Assembly: GCF_964194025.1 (NCBI RefSeq)
Contig: NC_134482.1
Location: 46,562,001 to 46,626,000, forward strand
From: Convolutriloba macropyga
Taxonomy: Eukaryota
Length of the DNA stretch: 64,000 bases
Reading direction: 5' to 3'
The notes below the pieces were generated by a model. It was not told the DNA's origin. It was given only the letters and a program-made list of their open reading frames with translations, and did no database searches. Numbering within the stretch: position 1 is the first letter of the stretch; every line of letters begins with the position of its first letter. The translations under genes and the position numbers were made by a program. Positions 37,712-51,100 of this stretch are shown piece after piece.

Positions 37712-38646
37712 TTGGAACCTGGGTAAATTAAATTTCCAGATTCAGAAACTGGGTAAATTTAGATTTCAGATTGGCAGAATAGGTAATTGCGAAAACGGAA
37801 CCAAAAAAATTTACTGATTGGCCTCAAATTGCGAACAACACTATCAAATTTTTTTTCTTAAAAAAAGGCTTAGTAACTTTAAAAACAATTTTTTAATTGC
37901 ATCGATTTTTTAGCTAAGAAAACAAACATCTGAATTTGCTTTTTTAAAAAACGAATTGAAATATGTCCTGGGAAAAACAAGAAAATGAGTTTAATTTTCA
38001 ATTTAATCTGTTTTTACGTAAATTTAGATTTTATAAAAAATTGGAGTTACTTGGTAAGTTCAAATCTCTCTATTCGATCTTGGAATTCGTGAATCAGAAA
38101 TCAGAAATTAGAAAACTGTAAAAGAAATAGAAGTTGTTCAAAGTAGTAAGAGAAACAATTGTTTCGAAAAAGTTTGAGGGTGAAAGCTTCCACAACTCTA
38201 ATTTTTTAACTCTATTTTTGTCAAGTATTGTCACGTCAAAGACGTTTTTCTTAGTGCATGAAAATATCCATTTGATTGACGAATGGAAAAATGCATGAAT
38301 CAGGAAATGAAATAAAAAACTCAAAATTTGTTTAAAAAATTGTAAAATTAATCATCTTCTGTTGGCCTGAAAGTTGTGTCGTCTTTTTTTTTCAAAAAAC
38401 GCTTTTCTTATGTTCTCAATCTTATGCAAGTTTAATTTTTTTACCAAATTTTTTGCAGATATTGTCAATTTTACAATACTTGTTACCAAAATGTTGCAAA
38501 ACAAATACAATCTTTTACAAAATTTGCAGTAAAAATTTTTTCAAACTTGACCGAAGATTTGCGCAGCAGTAAATGAGTGCTGTTTGTTTTCTATTCTGAT
38601 CAGCTGATCATAAAATGGTTAAAAAGAAACCTCAATTTTTGTTTAG

Positions 38647-38763
38647 ATCCATGTCAGACTGGCCAACATACTTGTCACGAAATGGCCGAGTGTTTTTTCA
38701 ATGGGGGTGAATACTTCTGTATGTGCAAATGGCCGCTAGAGGGCGATGGTCACTACTGCTCAG
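38647..38763 (+). CDS. EGF-like domain exon
   Basis: DPCQTGQHTCHEMAECFFNGGEYFCMCKWPLEGDGHYCS has six-Cys EGF spacing; tttag acceptor, GT donor. Confidence 0.85.
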
Positions 38764-40190
38764 GTCTGCTTCAAAATTTTTCGATACAATTTCTTTCTTA
38801 ACTAAAAACTCTAATTATTTGCGGTGCATCTTCTGTTCGCTTATCAACTTGTCGACAGTTTTCCGCCACAAAAATTAAGATAAGGTTTGGGGTTGGGTGA
38901 CATTCAAATGTATGTGAGGGGTGTTATAGGTAACCAAATCCTCTCTCAACTCAACTCAAAGTGAACTTCTTAAATATTGTCAAAGGGTTAAGGGGGGGGG
39001 GGGTGAAAACGGAAACGAGGGCGTTGGTAATAAGGAAACGATAATAAGGAAGGAAGAGATAAAAAGTGTTAGTGGGTTGAAGATAATATAAGAGTAGTTG
39101 GGACGGGCTAATGGTGAAAAATATTTCTTCAGACTTCTTTTTTCAGGTCACCCAAAAATTGCTCCTTCTGCCGCTTATGACATCAAAATTCGGAATCTGC
39201 TCCTCGAAGGTTTGTTGAAAAGTTTTAAATATTTAGTCTTGTCATATGTCGAGGTCTAAACTTGGGCTACGTTTATGTAACTATACTAGAAGTCACTGAG
39301 AACCTTTGACGTTTATCAAGAAAAGCGTAATTGTTCGCGATGTTAAGCCAGAGAATTGAAGTGACCTCTGATGAGTCTCATAACTTATACTCAAAACACG
39401 CAACTTGTACGTTCTAAAACGACGAAATTCAACAAAATTCAGCATTAGTCTCTTTATAAATCAACATCTGGCATTTTGAATCTTGGCACTGCCAACTTTC
39501 GACAATTTATAACATGATGCACGCGCGTTTTAAGTATAGGATACGTTTAGGTCACTATAATATAAGTCATTAAAAACGTACGGCAATTATCAATAATCAC
39601 TTAGCGATTAAAGATGTGAAGTCAGAACTGCGAAGCGACTATTGCTGATTAAGTTTATCGATGTTTTTGAACTTTTAGTATTAAATATTATATGTCTAAC
39701 AGTTCCACTAAAAATGATAAGCACACACTCACACATCAAATTACTGCAAAAAATTGTTTCTAAACGCCCGCAAGAGCCAACCCGGAAGAAATTTTAAGTC
39801 TTGATCAGTGTTTTTTAAATGGAATACGTCTTTGATTAGCAAATGACTGCTGCTAAAGGCCTATTTCTAGTCTTAAGAATCGTCAAAACTTGTCCAAGAC
39901 TTGCGAAGACTTGCCAAGACTTACCCCAGACTTGTCAAGTCATAGTCACATATTGGACAAGAATTAAAAATTCTTGAGTCCAGCTTTGGTCAAGATTTGA
40001 CACGTTTCCAATTAAGTCTTGGCCGAGACTTGGCATGCCTTGAATAATAGGTTACCAGTAATGCAAGTTGATTTTAGTAAGAATATCACTCGTATTTTAT
40101 GCAATTCAAGAACGGCAGAATAAGTCCTCTAAACCATTTTTGCATTTTTGACCGAGCCATCTTCACAACAGAATGGGACCCGATTAATAT

Positions 40191-40264
<74 letters not shown>

Positions 40265-43200
40265 ATATTAATCGGGTCCCATTCTGTTGTGAAGATGGCT
40301 CGGTCAAAAATGCAAAAATGGTTTAGAGGACTTATTCTGCCGTTCTTGAATTGCATAAAATACGAGTGATATTCTTACTAAAATCAACTTGCATTACTGG
40401 TAACCTATTATTCAAGGCATGCCAAGTCTCGGCCAAGACTTAATTGGAAACGTGTCAAATCTTGACCAAAGCTGGACTCAAGAATTTTTAAGTCTTGTCC
40501 CATTTTTTGCTGGACTCAAGAATTTTTAAGTCTTGTCCCATTTTTTGAGAAGTTCATGTGTTTTCTTGCACTTCTTTGATCAACTCGGAGATTTGTGCAC
40601 GCACGCAGTTTCAAATGGTGCCCTTCCTATTTCGTTATTGTGTTAATGAATATGTACAACTATTAAAAAAAAGTGCGCAAAAATTGACTCCAGACTGATT
40701 AAAGACTTGCCGAGACTACGCCAAAGCTGACTCAAAACTTGTTGTCTTGGCCAAGACTTGACAAAGTCTTGAATCAGTCTTGAAACCGAGATTTGACAAG
40801 TCTTGAATAAAACTTGGCCAACATTTGATAACTCTTGAATCAGTCTTGGCCAAGACTGATTTAAGAGTTATCAAGTATTTGCCAAGCTTAATTCAAAACT
40901 TGTCAAGTCTTGGTCAAACTGATTCAAGGCTTGTCAAGTCTCAAAAATGACATGACACAACAATGATCCAAGATTTGCAATTTACGTGATCCTGAACTGA
41001 TTGAGACTTGACGTTTAGTCCGGGTAACCGCAAAAAACTGAGTAGTTCCTAAGTTTAAAATACGATGAATAACCATCCAACCGATCAAGTTTATTGAAGA
41101 CCTTCGGCTTTTTGATTTCTTATGCGTGTTAATAACGACCTTTTCTAACATCCCTTGAAGAGAAAAACCACTTTAGAATAAGTTTTCTCTAACAATTGAG
41201 AAACTCCCAGGTTGAGGTGCCATCCGGAAGTGACCTCTGATCAGACCATCACAGACCAAAAAATCCATTGATCAGACTGAACAGCGCTCGAAACAACGTT
41301 TTTGCATGGGGTGCGCTCATATATGCCTCGAATAAGACCTTGCCAGACGATAATGACCTCTGATCAGACCGGAATCAGACCATTGTCTAGATGATAGTGC
41401 AACCATGGCCCAGACCAAAACCAGGCCATTGTCTTGATGATTGTGTCATCAAAGTTGCTTCTGATCAGACTATTGTGTACTCGAAAGTCGCTCCTGATCA
41501 AACTTTTGTGCGCTCGCAATCGCCTTTGATCAGACTCAGACTCAATTCCGCTCGAAATGGTCTCGAATTGTTTTCACTATGAACGAAGATCTTTAAATTT
41601 GCTATAACATATTCGTTTCCTAAAAATTGATGTTTGAAGTAATAAATTCATCTAAGAAAAAACCAATTCTAAAAGTATTGCTATTGAGAAGAAAACCCAA
41701 CCGCTGAGACAAAAATTTATTTAGTGTACCATTAGTGCATATGTCTGACTCATTGGATGAACTTAGACAGCTTTTCATAAGAAACGCCGTGGTCTACAGT
41801 TAATCAAAGTTCCCTATTAAGAGGGCAGGCATTTGCTACTAGCTGGAATTTTTTGGTTCTGATCACAGTCATCAGACTCTAGGTGTGTCTAATCAGAAGG
41901 CTACGTTTCTGTTGCCTCTTGGCAGATCCAACATCTTTCAGTAAAATTTACAAAAAAACTGAAAGAGACAAATTTGCTCAAAATTATTCTCTGATCAGAA
42001 CCAATTGCGTTTAGAATATTTTGTGAGCAGACTAATGTGCGCTTGAATCCGCCTCTTATCACACCAACCCAGATAGAATTGATCTTTGATCAGACAATTG
42101 CCAGCATAATAACTGCAGCAATAAGTAAAAACAGTTCAGGAGACAAATAGTCCTCCAAAAATGCTTAAAAAGACAAGTAGTCATTCAATAATTTGTTTTG
42201 CATAAAGATGGTCTACTCACCTTCGTGGTTATCAATTGTGATCAATAGCACTGCTTGATAATATAAATAGCTAATTACTAAAGAATTAATCATGGTAGGA
42301 TAAGTTTTTCTGGCAGAAAGACTCTCAAATTTTGTAAGCCTTTAATACTTTAGGTCATTTTCGAGAGCAGATTCTTAACTTCTGTTTGATCCTTAACTTC
42401 TTTCTCTTAATTACTAATCGAAAACCATCATTCAATATTCTAAAATCAAGCTTGCTACCTACTTTTGATTGACATAAACATTGAAGAACTGGAAATTTTT
42501 TTCATCCGACAGTTACTAGGAGCAAACACTGCGATAAAACTGTAATTCGAAGAAGTATTGAAGTTTTGAACCTAAAAAACTTTTACTCTGCCCATGTGAT
42601 AATGCAACATTTAAAAGAAATCTGAGAATCCCTTTCTTTAAACTGTTTGTTGCAAACTATAAAAATACATAGTTTGGTAAAGTTTCATGGCGTGAAATCA
42701 AATTTTTGTGATTTCTTCAAAGCAATAAATAATAAAATAAATTTTGGATTTGTTCGCATTTGTAACAAATGTAAGTGTAATTTCTCTCTATCCTTAATGA
42801 TTGTAAACGTGCATTGTCTCATTTGAAATAGTTTTTTTTGTAATCTTATAACAATTATTCATGTAACATACTACCTGTAAAATACAGTGCACGATACTTT
42901 ACACGAGCCTGTAAATACTCAGGTAATTCAGTTTTTCGTTTCTATAATAATACGAAGATAGTATTATACACTATGAAATATATAAATTTTTAAGTTATGT
43001 TTAAGTTATGTTAAATCTAATTGTGTAAGGGTGAACCAATGTTCTCTTAAATTGAAGTAATTGGTGTGTAAAACTCACATGACAAAAAAAGAGCGCATTA
43101 GCTTAAAAAATAACTATATACAACACAACTGTTATACAAAACGGTTGAAGTAGCAGTACTTTTCGGCCCAGATAGCTCTCTATCTTAAAATTATTCTTCC

Positions 43201-46200
43201 AAGCCAGCCCTGATCAGACAGATTTGGGTCGCGCACAACAGGTAAACCGCAACCGCTCCAAAGAGTCTGGCAGCACTACTTACGGTCTGGACAGTCTGAT
43301 CAGGACCCTATCCAGAGTCTACACGGTCTGATCAGGGCACTACCTAAGGTCTGGACAGCCTGAACAGAGCCCCCTCCAGAATCTGGTTAGTCTGATCATA
43401 GCGTGGTCTATTGTATGGATGGTCTGAACAAGGCTCTTTCAAGAGTCTGCACTCTCTGATCAGAACCAAGTAGTTGAGCCGAAAAACGGCCAGTCCCCCG
43501 AAAAAAGAAGAGATAATTAACCCCAAAGGAGACTGTTTGTTTGAGGAGCGCTTCTCATTTTTACTTGATGAACATCAAAGACCACCCTAAAGACCAAATT
43601 ATGTCAATTTTTGTCGAGCTGAAAAATTTCCATTGTTTGGAACAATTTTTTTAAACTGAAGAACCAATATAAATAAAATGACGTATTTTTTCAGAAAATA
43701 ATTCATTTTACCAATAAGTACTGCTACATCAACAGTTAAATATGTCCCTCAGGGTATCCCCAGTGAGGCACCGAAGTGGGTCTGGCACCCCCGTTTCCGA
43801 ATCAAGTCGGTCTGGCACTCCCAGTGCGCGACTTAAGTCTTACTGATCAGAGCCGATTTTGGCCTGGATGAGCTGGCTTGCAGACTAAATAAAGTTAAGG
43901 TAACTTTACTTTAACGGAGTTAAGTTAATCCGTTGATAAGGTAAAGCCAAATTAAAATTTACCTTAACTTTACTTTAACTTGAGTTCGGGTAAAAATTTA
44001 CGTCGTGCACCTCTCCCTGGGTATTTATCTGATTTCAAAAATATTCTTGCCGAAACGCATTTATTGCAAATTAATGAGCTGAAACGACGCTGAGGCATCA
44101 AATGAATCTCTATAATTTCCCAATTTTAACAGGTCACATAGAAGAGGAACCAGACAATGGAATTGGAAACGGAGATGAAGCAGACTTCATTCATTTTATA
44201 GGTAAATTTCACAGGTTCCAAGTTAACCTCCAAAAAGCTGAAAAATTCTGTGATCAGATTCCAGGCGCATCCGCAGCTCACCCTATTTGAGATGTGAATT
44301 CATGAAAAGACAGTGGTCAACCAAAACTGAGTATGTAGAATTTGGGTCGACTTTAATGGTCAGGGTTGACCGTAAAACAACCAGTAGTCGACAAAAGTAA
44401 AAGTTGTAATAGTTATTGCTGCTTGAAAATCGTTTAATAATCAATCTTGAACGTGCAAAATTGCATATTTTTTTCGGTTAAAACCTTTTTGACAGATTTT
44501 GGATGGGTCTAAGGCGGAACCCAAATCTCATCAGACCGTTCCCAACGAACCTGAGCAGATTCCACCGCACGCGAAATGTTTTCAGCGCAGTGCTGTGGAA
44601 ACAACCTCTGATCGGCTTCAATTGGGCCTAAAAAAATTTTCAGTTATCGCTGTGCTTTCTAATGATACTCAAATGCGCTTCATGAACAGAGTAGGCTTGA
44701 TTCTCTCTTAACCGTCTATTTTCGGACACAAGAGCGCTCGAAGTTCTCTCTGTTGCCATCCAGGCCTAGTTGCAATCGAAATAGTTTTATCGGAGAATTA
44801 AAAATTGTTGTTTTCAACAAATTTTTTAAATAAATTCAAATCCTTAGAGTTCTACTGATGAAAGGAAAACCCAAAACTAGTTTCCTATAATTGCCATTGG
44901 TGGATGTTTTTGATTCGGAAGCTTTAATTAGTCAATTTTCGAATAAGAAAACTTTTTTTTATTTATTGGTAATATTTACCGGCAATTGATACCAGTTCTG
45001 ATTTGTCGATTCTGCTCAGAAACTTCAGATCCAGATGTCTCTCTGGTCAATGCGTTATAATTAACTCGTGACAGCAGAGACAAAAACTCGGAGTCAAAAA
45101 GTTTCAAGACAAGGATCGAAATTTTGCGCTTAGAAAGTTTTCTGATCAGATTCAACAATGCTCGAAATCTTCTTTGAGCGGAACCAAATTAGTATGAAGA
45201 CAAAAACTGAAACCTTTGTTCACCGGATGAGGACAGTTTTCAATTTTTATTGCAAGCATCCCAATAGCGCTGGGTTATGTTTCGAACTTTTTTACCACAT
45301 TCACTGACTCCACTGAAATTGTCATATTTTAAATGGCAAACCCCGGGAAACACCTTTTTTTGAAAGAACACAGGGGGTACGGTGCGTATTTGAAAGATAC
45401 GCAGGCGAAAAATTTTACAACGCTAGAAACATGAAGGCGCCAAAACATTGAGCAAGCTAAAGTCTGGGTCTTAAGGTTTTTGGGTCTTCCTGGGTAATTT
45501 CATAGGCCAAAATGGTCTGTTTGGGTACTTGCATTAGTCATTGTGAACCAAGACGTGACCACGTAACCCTTGTTGAGAAGACCACACAAAACAACAAAAA
45601 ATTTAAAGTAATCTTTGGTATGTTCGGCTCCAAACGTAAGAGAGCGTCAATAGGTTTCTTTTGTTCGGTATTGTCCGTTTTGAACAAAAGAAAGGACCGG
45701 TAGCATTGTTTTTGGATGCAAGAGAGATTCGGTATGTTCGGTTTTAGAAGTTTCTGTATGTCCGATATTTAAACGCAAGAAATTGCTTAGAAGTGAGAAA
45801 ATGTCGGATCTTTTGCCACAAGAAATTTTGATTTTTCTGATTATTTAGTCATAAGTTATGATAGTGTTCTTCTTGCAGGATTTTCCAACGTTCTTCTTAG
45901 AGAAAAATTCTGAAAGATTATGCAACACTATTGAAAATTCGTCTTTAGCTTGTTCACAAAACTGATTGAACGAACATAAATTGCTTGGTTACCTTGTGAA
46001 TTCAAAAATATTATCGCATTCCAGGAGATTTGACACACATTGTGATGGTTTACAAGCAAAGTTTTTGACGATTAGTTAAGTACGAAAACGAACATGCCTT
46101 TTTTTCTGTTGGATCTGCTGAACTAATCTGCCCTTAAAACCCAAAAGATAAGAGTTCATTGTATTTCTCTCTACGATACCGAATCCCTCTTACGTTTAAA

Positions 46201-48071
46201 AAACGACACTACCGAATCTCTCTTATGTTCACAAAACGACTATACCGAAAAATGTCTTACGTTTAAAAACGACTATACCAAATCTTTTATGTGTTCAAAA
46301 AAACAATACCGAAAATGTCTTACGTTTAAAGACGACTATACCGAACCATTCTTTTGTTAAACCCCGAACAAAACGATGACGTCGACTAAAAAATGTGTAG
46401 GAACTTTTGTGGTTCTGGCTAGAAAAAAAACGACGATACCGACGATTTCGTATGTTCAAAAAGGGAATATTAGGGCGACCTCGACTAGGGCAACCTGGTT
46501 TTGTTTATTTTGTATTTTGGCTCTCTTTCGATCTAGGTGATCTTGGTGTCTTTATTGACTTGAACGAACTGGGTTCAAGCAGTGACTTCAACAACAACAG
46601 GTGCGCTGAGCTGAAGAGAGATTCAAAAGCAACTGATGTCGGAACAGTTACTGTCCAGATGAAAAACAGACACTACATCAAAGCCGTCGGAATCAACACC
46701 AGAAATGACGACCTATCTGGTTAGTAAAGAAAAGTTAGAAATTTCTTATATTTTTTTATTATTTCCTCCACATTCTACCCATTCCCGATTGGTTCTTAAG
46801 TTTATTTACAGGGAAAACGAGTTCAATGTTATATTGGACCTGAGCCAGATTAGTCTACAGTGATAATTTTGTGTAAGGACAAGTTTTGGAAATTTGGCCT
46901 TGAAGTCGGCTTTTCCAAAAACAAATCAAGCTTTATTTCGATTTCTGAATTTGTTCCAGAATTTATCCGGCTGCCCTTCATCACAGTGTACGTCTGTGAT
47001 GGGGAGTATATCTGCCGAAACTGCACTGGTGGAGCTGAAGGAATTAATCTCTTGGGAAATGAGGGGTGGAACTATGTATTGTGTGAGGAAGTTGGTTCTA
47101 TTCTGAAGATAGAGGTCAACTTACCAGAAGATGATTTCGACGCTTCGGTTTCAATTTGCGAATTGAGTCTTTTTGGACTTGATGGTATGCATATACATAC
47201 TTTAATATCAGTAGTACATCAAATTAATATACCGTACAAACAATTGGGGCACATAAACGGGGGGAATCCATACCCTTGCTGATTCGGACTTTTGATCAAA
47301 GTGCACCCACCATTGTACGTCAAAAGTGTACTTCCACAATTTTGATGCCCCAGTTTAGGTGCGAGATTCTAGACCACTTTGAGCAGACCATTTCCCAGAC
47401 TTTGCCCTCTTATCAGACTATCGTGCGACACAAAGCCCTCTGATCAGATCATGTACGACTCGTGGGACTCAAGCATTTCCCAGACCATGAATTTTGGGTC
47501 GCACCACGCCACCAATGTGCGACCCAAATGGTCTGATCAGAGCAGTGTAGGATCACACACCTAAACCTGGGGCGTCTCAAAACAACTACACGGAGGATAA
47601 AACCTAGTGCAAACTAGTTTAAAAGCATTCATCCTACTTTCGCAAGCTTATGCTGCAGGAAGAAAATAGGATTTTTTAAATAAATGCACATCTGCGGCCT
47701 TGTGCATAAATTCTAAACATTTGTTTATTTTTATAAATCATGAATAATAAGTCGCGAGAGTTTTCTGCAAAAAAACAACATAAAGCTCGATGCAAATTAT
47801 TTTTGCTTAATTTATTGGGCAAAAACTCGATTTTGACAAGGACCAAAAATATGTATTCTTTTTCATCAATAGACAAAAGTTATCTGCTGGACTAACCACA
47901 ACTATCCAGCTCTGAGATAAACGCTGTGATCAAAAGTTTTGAGCAATTAAAAATGTTCACTCAAAATATTACAAAAAAAGTCATAGAAACATTGAATCGT
48001 GTTCCAACTACTACCTTTCATGAATTTGAACGATTATAAAAAATAGTCAAAAGTGATCACGAGCTTTTCCA

Positions 48072-48115
<44 letters not shown>

Positions 48116-51100
48116 AATTTTGCGTGCTTTATATTGCTATTACGTCATTGAATTTTTAGGGTTTTCAAACAATTCTAATTAATGTTTATCGACAAAGAGT
48201 AGAAGCGTCACTTTTGAGCACCCAAAATGCTTTACATTAGGTTCTATAATGCCTCAAAAACGCCACCCCAAAATTTAAAAACAAATAATTTCAAATAGAA
48301 TTTTTTGGAAATGAAGTTGAGAAAAAGTTTGACGTCAAAGATCACATAGCCCGAAAAAGGAGCAAAGAAATTACGCTCATTGGTGTCGTAAAAAGATTTG
48401 ATTAAAATTCTTTCCATTTTATAACCTAATATTTGTTGTAGTCTTTTGACCAAAAACGTTAAGTTTTACGTAAATTTAAAACGATGCGTGGCGGTGAATT
48501 GCTAAAAAGAATATTGTAATTTGAAAGGCAATGACGCACTTAATTGGAGATTCAGAACAAAAGTTGCAATTTATAGCATTGATCTCTCATGTGGCAATTT
48601 GAATTCTAAATGGCTCTGTAAGTAATAAATGGACATTTTCGAGGGATTAGTACTAAACTAAATAAAGTTTTTGGTTTGTTTTGTCCTCAAAGGCTTCAGG
48701 GTGTAAGTTTTGTGCAAAAGGGAACCTTTTTGCAGTGCAATGTCATATTAGAGGAAATACTTTGTTCGAAAAGAGTTTTTTAAACAAGCACATGTAATCT
48801 TTAAAATTCCGAATGTGTGTTGATGCCAGGTGCTAAAATGCAGGAAATTTCTATATTTTTAGTCAAAATTTACCTCCATTAAGGTTCGTTTTTTCAAAAC
48901 TTCGAAATCGCAATTTTTTTATGGTACCAAAAAACACTTCGAGCGTCTGGTTTAACAGCTCAAAAACCCAACGCGGCTCTCAATAAACGCCAGAGGTTTT
49001 TAGTTACTTGAAGAATTCACCTAGCCTATGCAGAAGCTCTTGATTACTATTTGATTCATACGAGATGATCTTTTTCTGTTAAAAAGAGGTTGGCTCGACA
49101 CATGAAAAGACGTATCTTTTCAATTTGTGCCCACTCCATCGAAACTTTATGCAATCGCCAGTTACAGAGCCCGTGGCATAAAATAACAAAATTTTTTGTA
49201 AAAATATGGCACATATGTCTGGGGTTGCAAATAATAATCAGGGCTCAAACGCAGAAGATTCAGAAAGATTTCTGTACTCCAATATCAAATGATTTTATCC
49301 GCATTTTAACTGTGAAATGCAAAGCCGTGCAATTTTAGTCAATTTTGATTATCTCAACTGAAACTTCTAATCTTTTTCGCGATTCCAGGTTTAAGGTAGC
49401 GTACTCAAAATTGTCTGTTTTGTGACCTAATTCGTACCAATTGTTTGATCTTAACTTTTATTTGTTATTATCTCATCCTGGACAAAAAATCAGTGCATAA
49501 TTTTAGCAGTTTTTGAGCGCTAATTACGTTGGAAAAGGTACATTTTATGTAAAACGTACACTTCGATGATTTTGAAATTTGAAATGATCAACTTTTTTGA
49601 AGAGGCCTATTATCGACACAAGTTAGTTCGCGGTTAGTAATGCTCATATTATTGGACTTGTGGGCTATTTAAGCATTGAAGTCTACTTATTCCTTCCGAT
49701 CGCCGAATTGACCGGTAGGGCGTTCAAGTCAGCAAAGAGGCCGCAAACCAATTATAATGATTTTTGACTAAGCATACGTATCAGCCAAATCAAGCTATCG
49801 GCATAATTTCTATTTTTTGCCTTGCCGACTAAACCCATTGTCGGACAAAAATCAAAATTATTATGGGTAATCCTAATTGTGGGCAATTTTTACTATCAAT
49901 TTTTGTCTTTAGTATCACCCATTGGACGAATTATTCTCTCAATTGACAGAATTGAGTACTCTGGTTTCAACCAAACATGGACAGACACAATTGGCTACAT
50001 AACAGACGGGACTGATAAAACTTCCATAGAAAACTGTTTCCAGCTCAGCTCCAAGTTATCTGGTGTGCCTGGAACTCAGTCTGTCCAGGTCTATTTCCAG
50101 ATCCCAAAGAATGTCTCTCATGTTCAAATATTGGCACCCAACGTTCCAAATGGTTTGTGAAAAATTTTGTTATTGCTCAACTGAATTCGTTCAGTGCAGC
50201 ATAATGATTTAATTTGCTTTGAATCAATATATTTCGAATTTGCACAGTACTGATGTGTGGATTGTGTAAAACTTTGAAGGTAATTCTAAAGATATGTGCC
50301 AACTAAGCACATCTGATGGCCCGGACCTAACGCCGAGTCAATATCAGTACTGGGCACGTCTGTTTGCAATTATTTCATCAGTACTGATTCAGAGCTATGA
50401 TCATGTCACTTTTTACACTTGCCAGTCTATATGCAAGTTTTGACCAATACGTGCACGTCTAAATGAAAGAGAATTAGTAGAAATCTCATTCGTAAACGAG
50501 GTCCAGACTCAAATTGAGCTATGATTAGACTATCCAGATTCAAACGGCCTCTGATCAGACTTTCAAGACCAAAATGACCTCTGATCAGACTTTCTAGGCA
50601 AAATGACCTCTGATCAAACTTTCCAGACCAACATAACTTCTGATCAGACGGTACCCAGATTATGGTCCAGACTATTGTGCGCTTATGATTAGAATCAAAT
50701 TCAGACCATTGCCCAGACTATAAACAGACTATGATCAGACCCTTCTGAGCGAACTGACCTCTGAACAGAGACTGTACTTAAACACGAACGAAACTTTAAG
50801 TATCCTTATAATATATGCTTTTCATAAAAACCGATGTCTCCAGCAGAAAATTCAATGAAGTCAATTCAAATTCCGAAATGTTTTTGTGAAATAAAAGGTT
50901 TAGAGAAACTTTTAAAGTGAAAACTTTGCAAACAATTGCTTAAGTTCGCTGGCATCATAGATGAAGTTTGACAGTTTTTTTTAAGAAACGTCTGAATCTG
51001 CACTCGCTATGTTTTTTATAGAGGGACCGACCACTGGTTACTGGTTCGACTCTTTTTTTCCTGATCGTTCTGATCGGAGGCAGGAGACTGCAAATGAGTC

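Noticed and set aside
40086-40369. Identical 73-aa ORFs on both strands
   Set aside because: A by-product of the palindrome and the (AT)n run.
46170-46460. CRISPR-like array
   Set aside because: A degenerate minisatellite without unique spacers, no cas genes, eukaryotic intron context.
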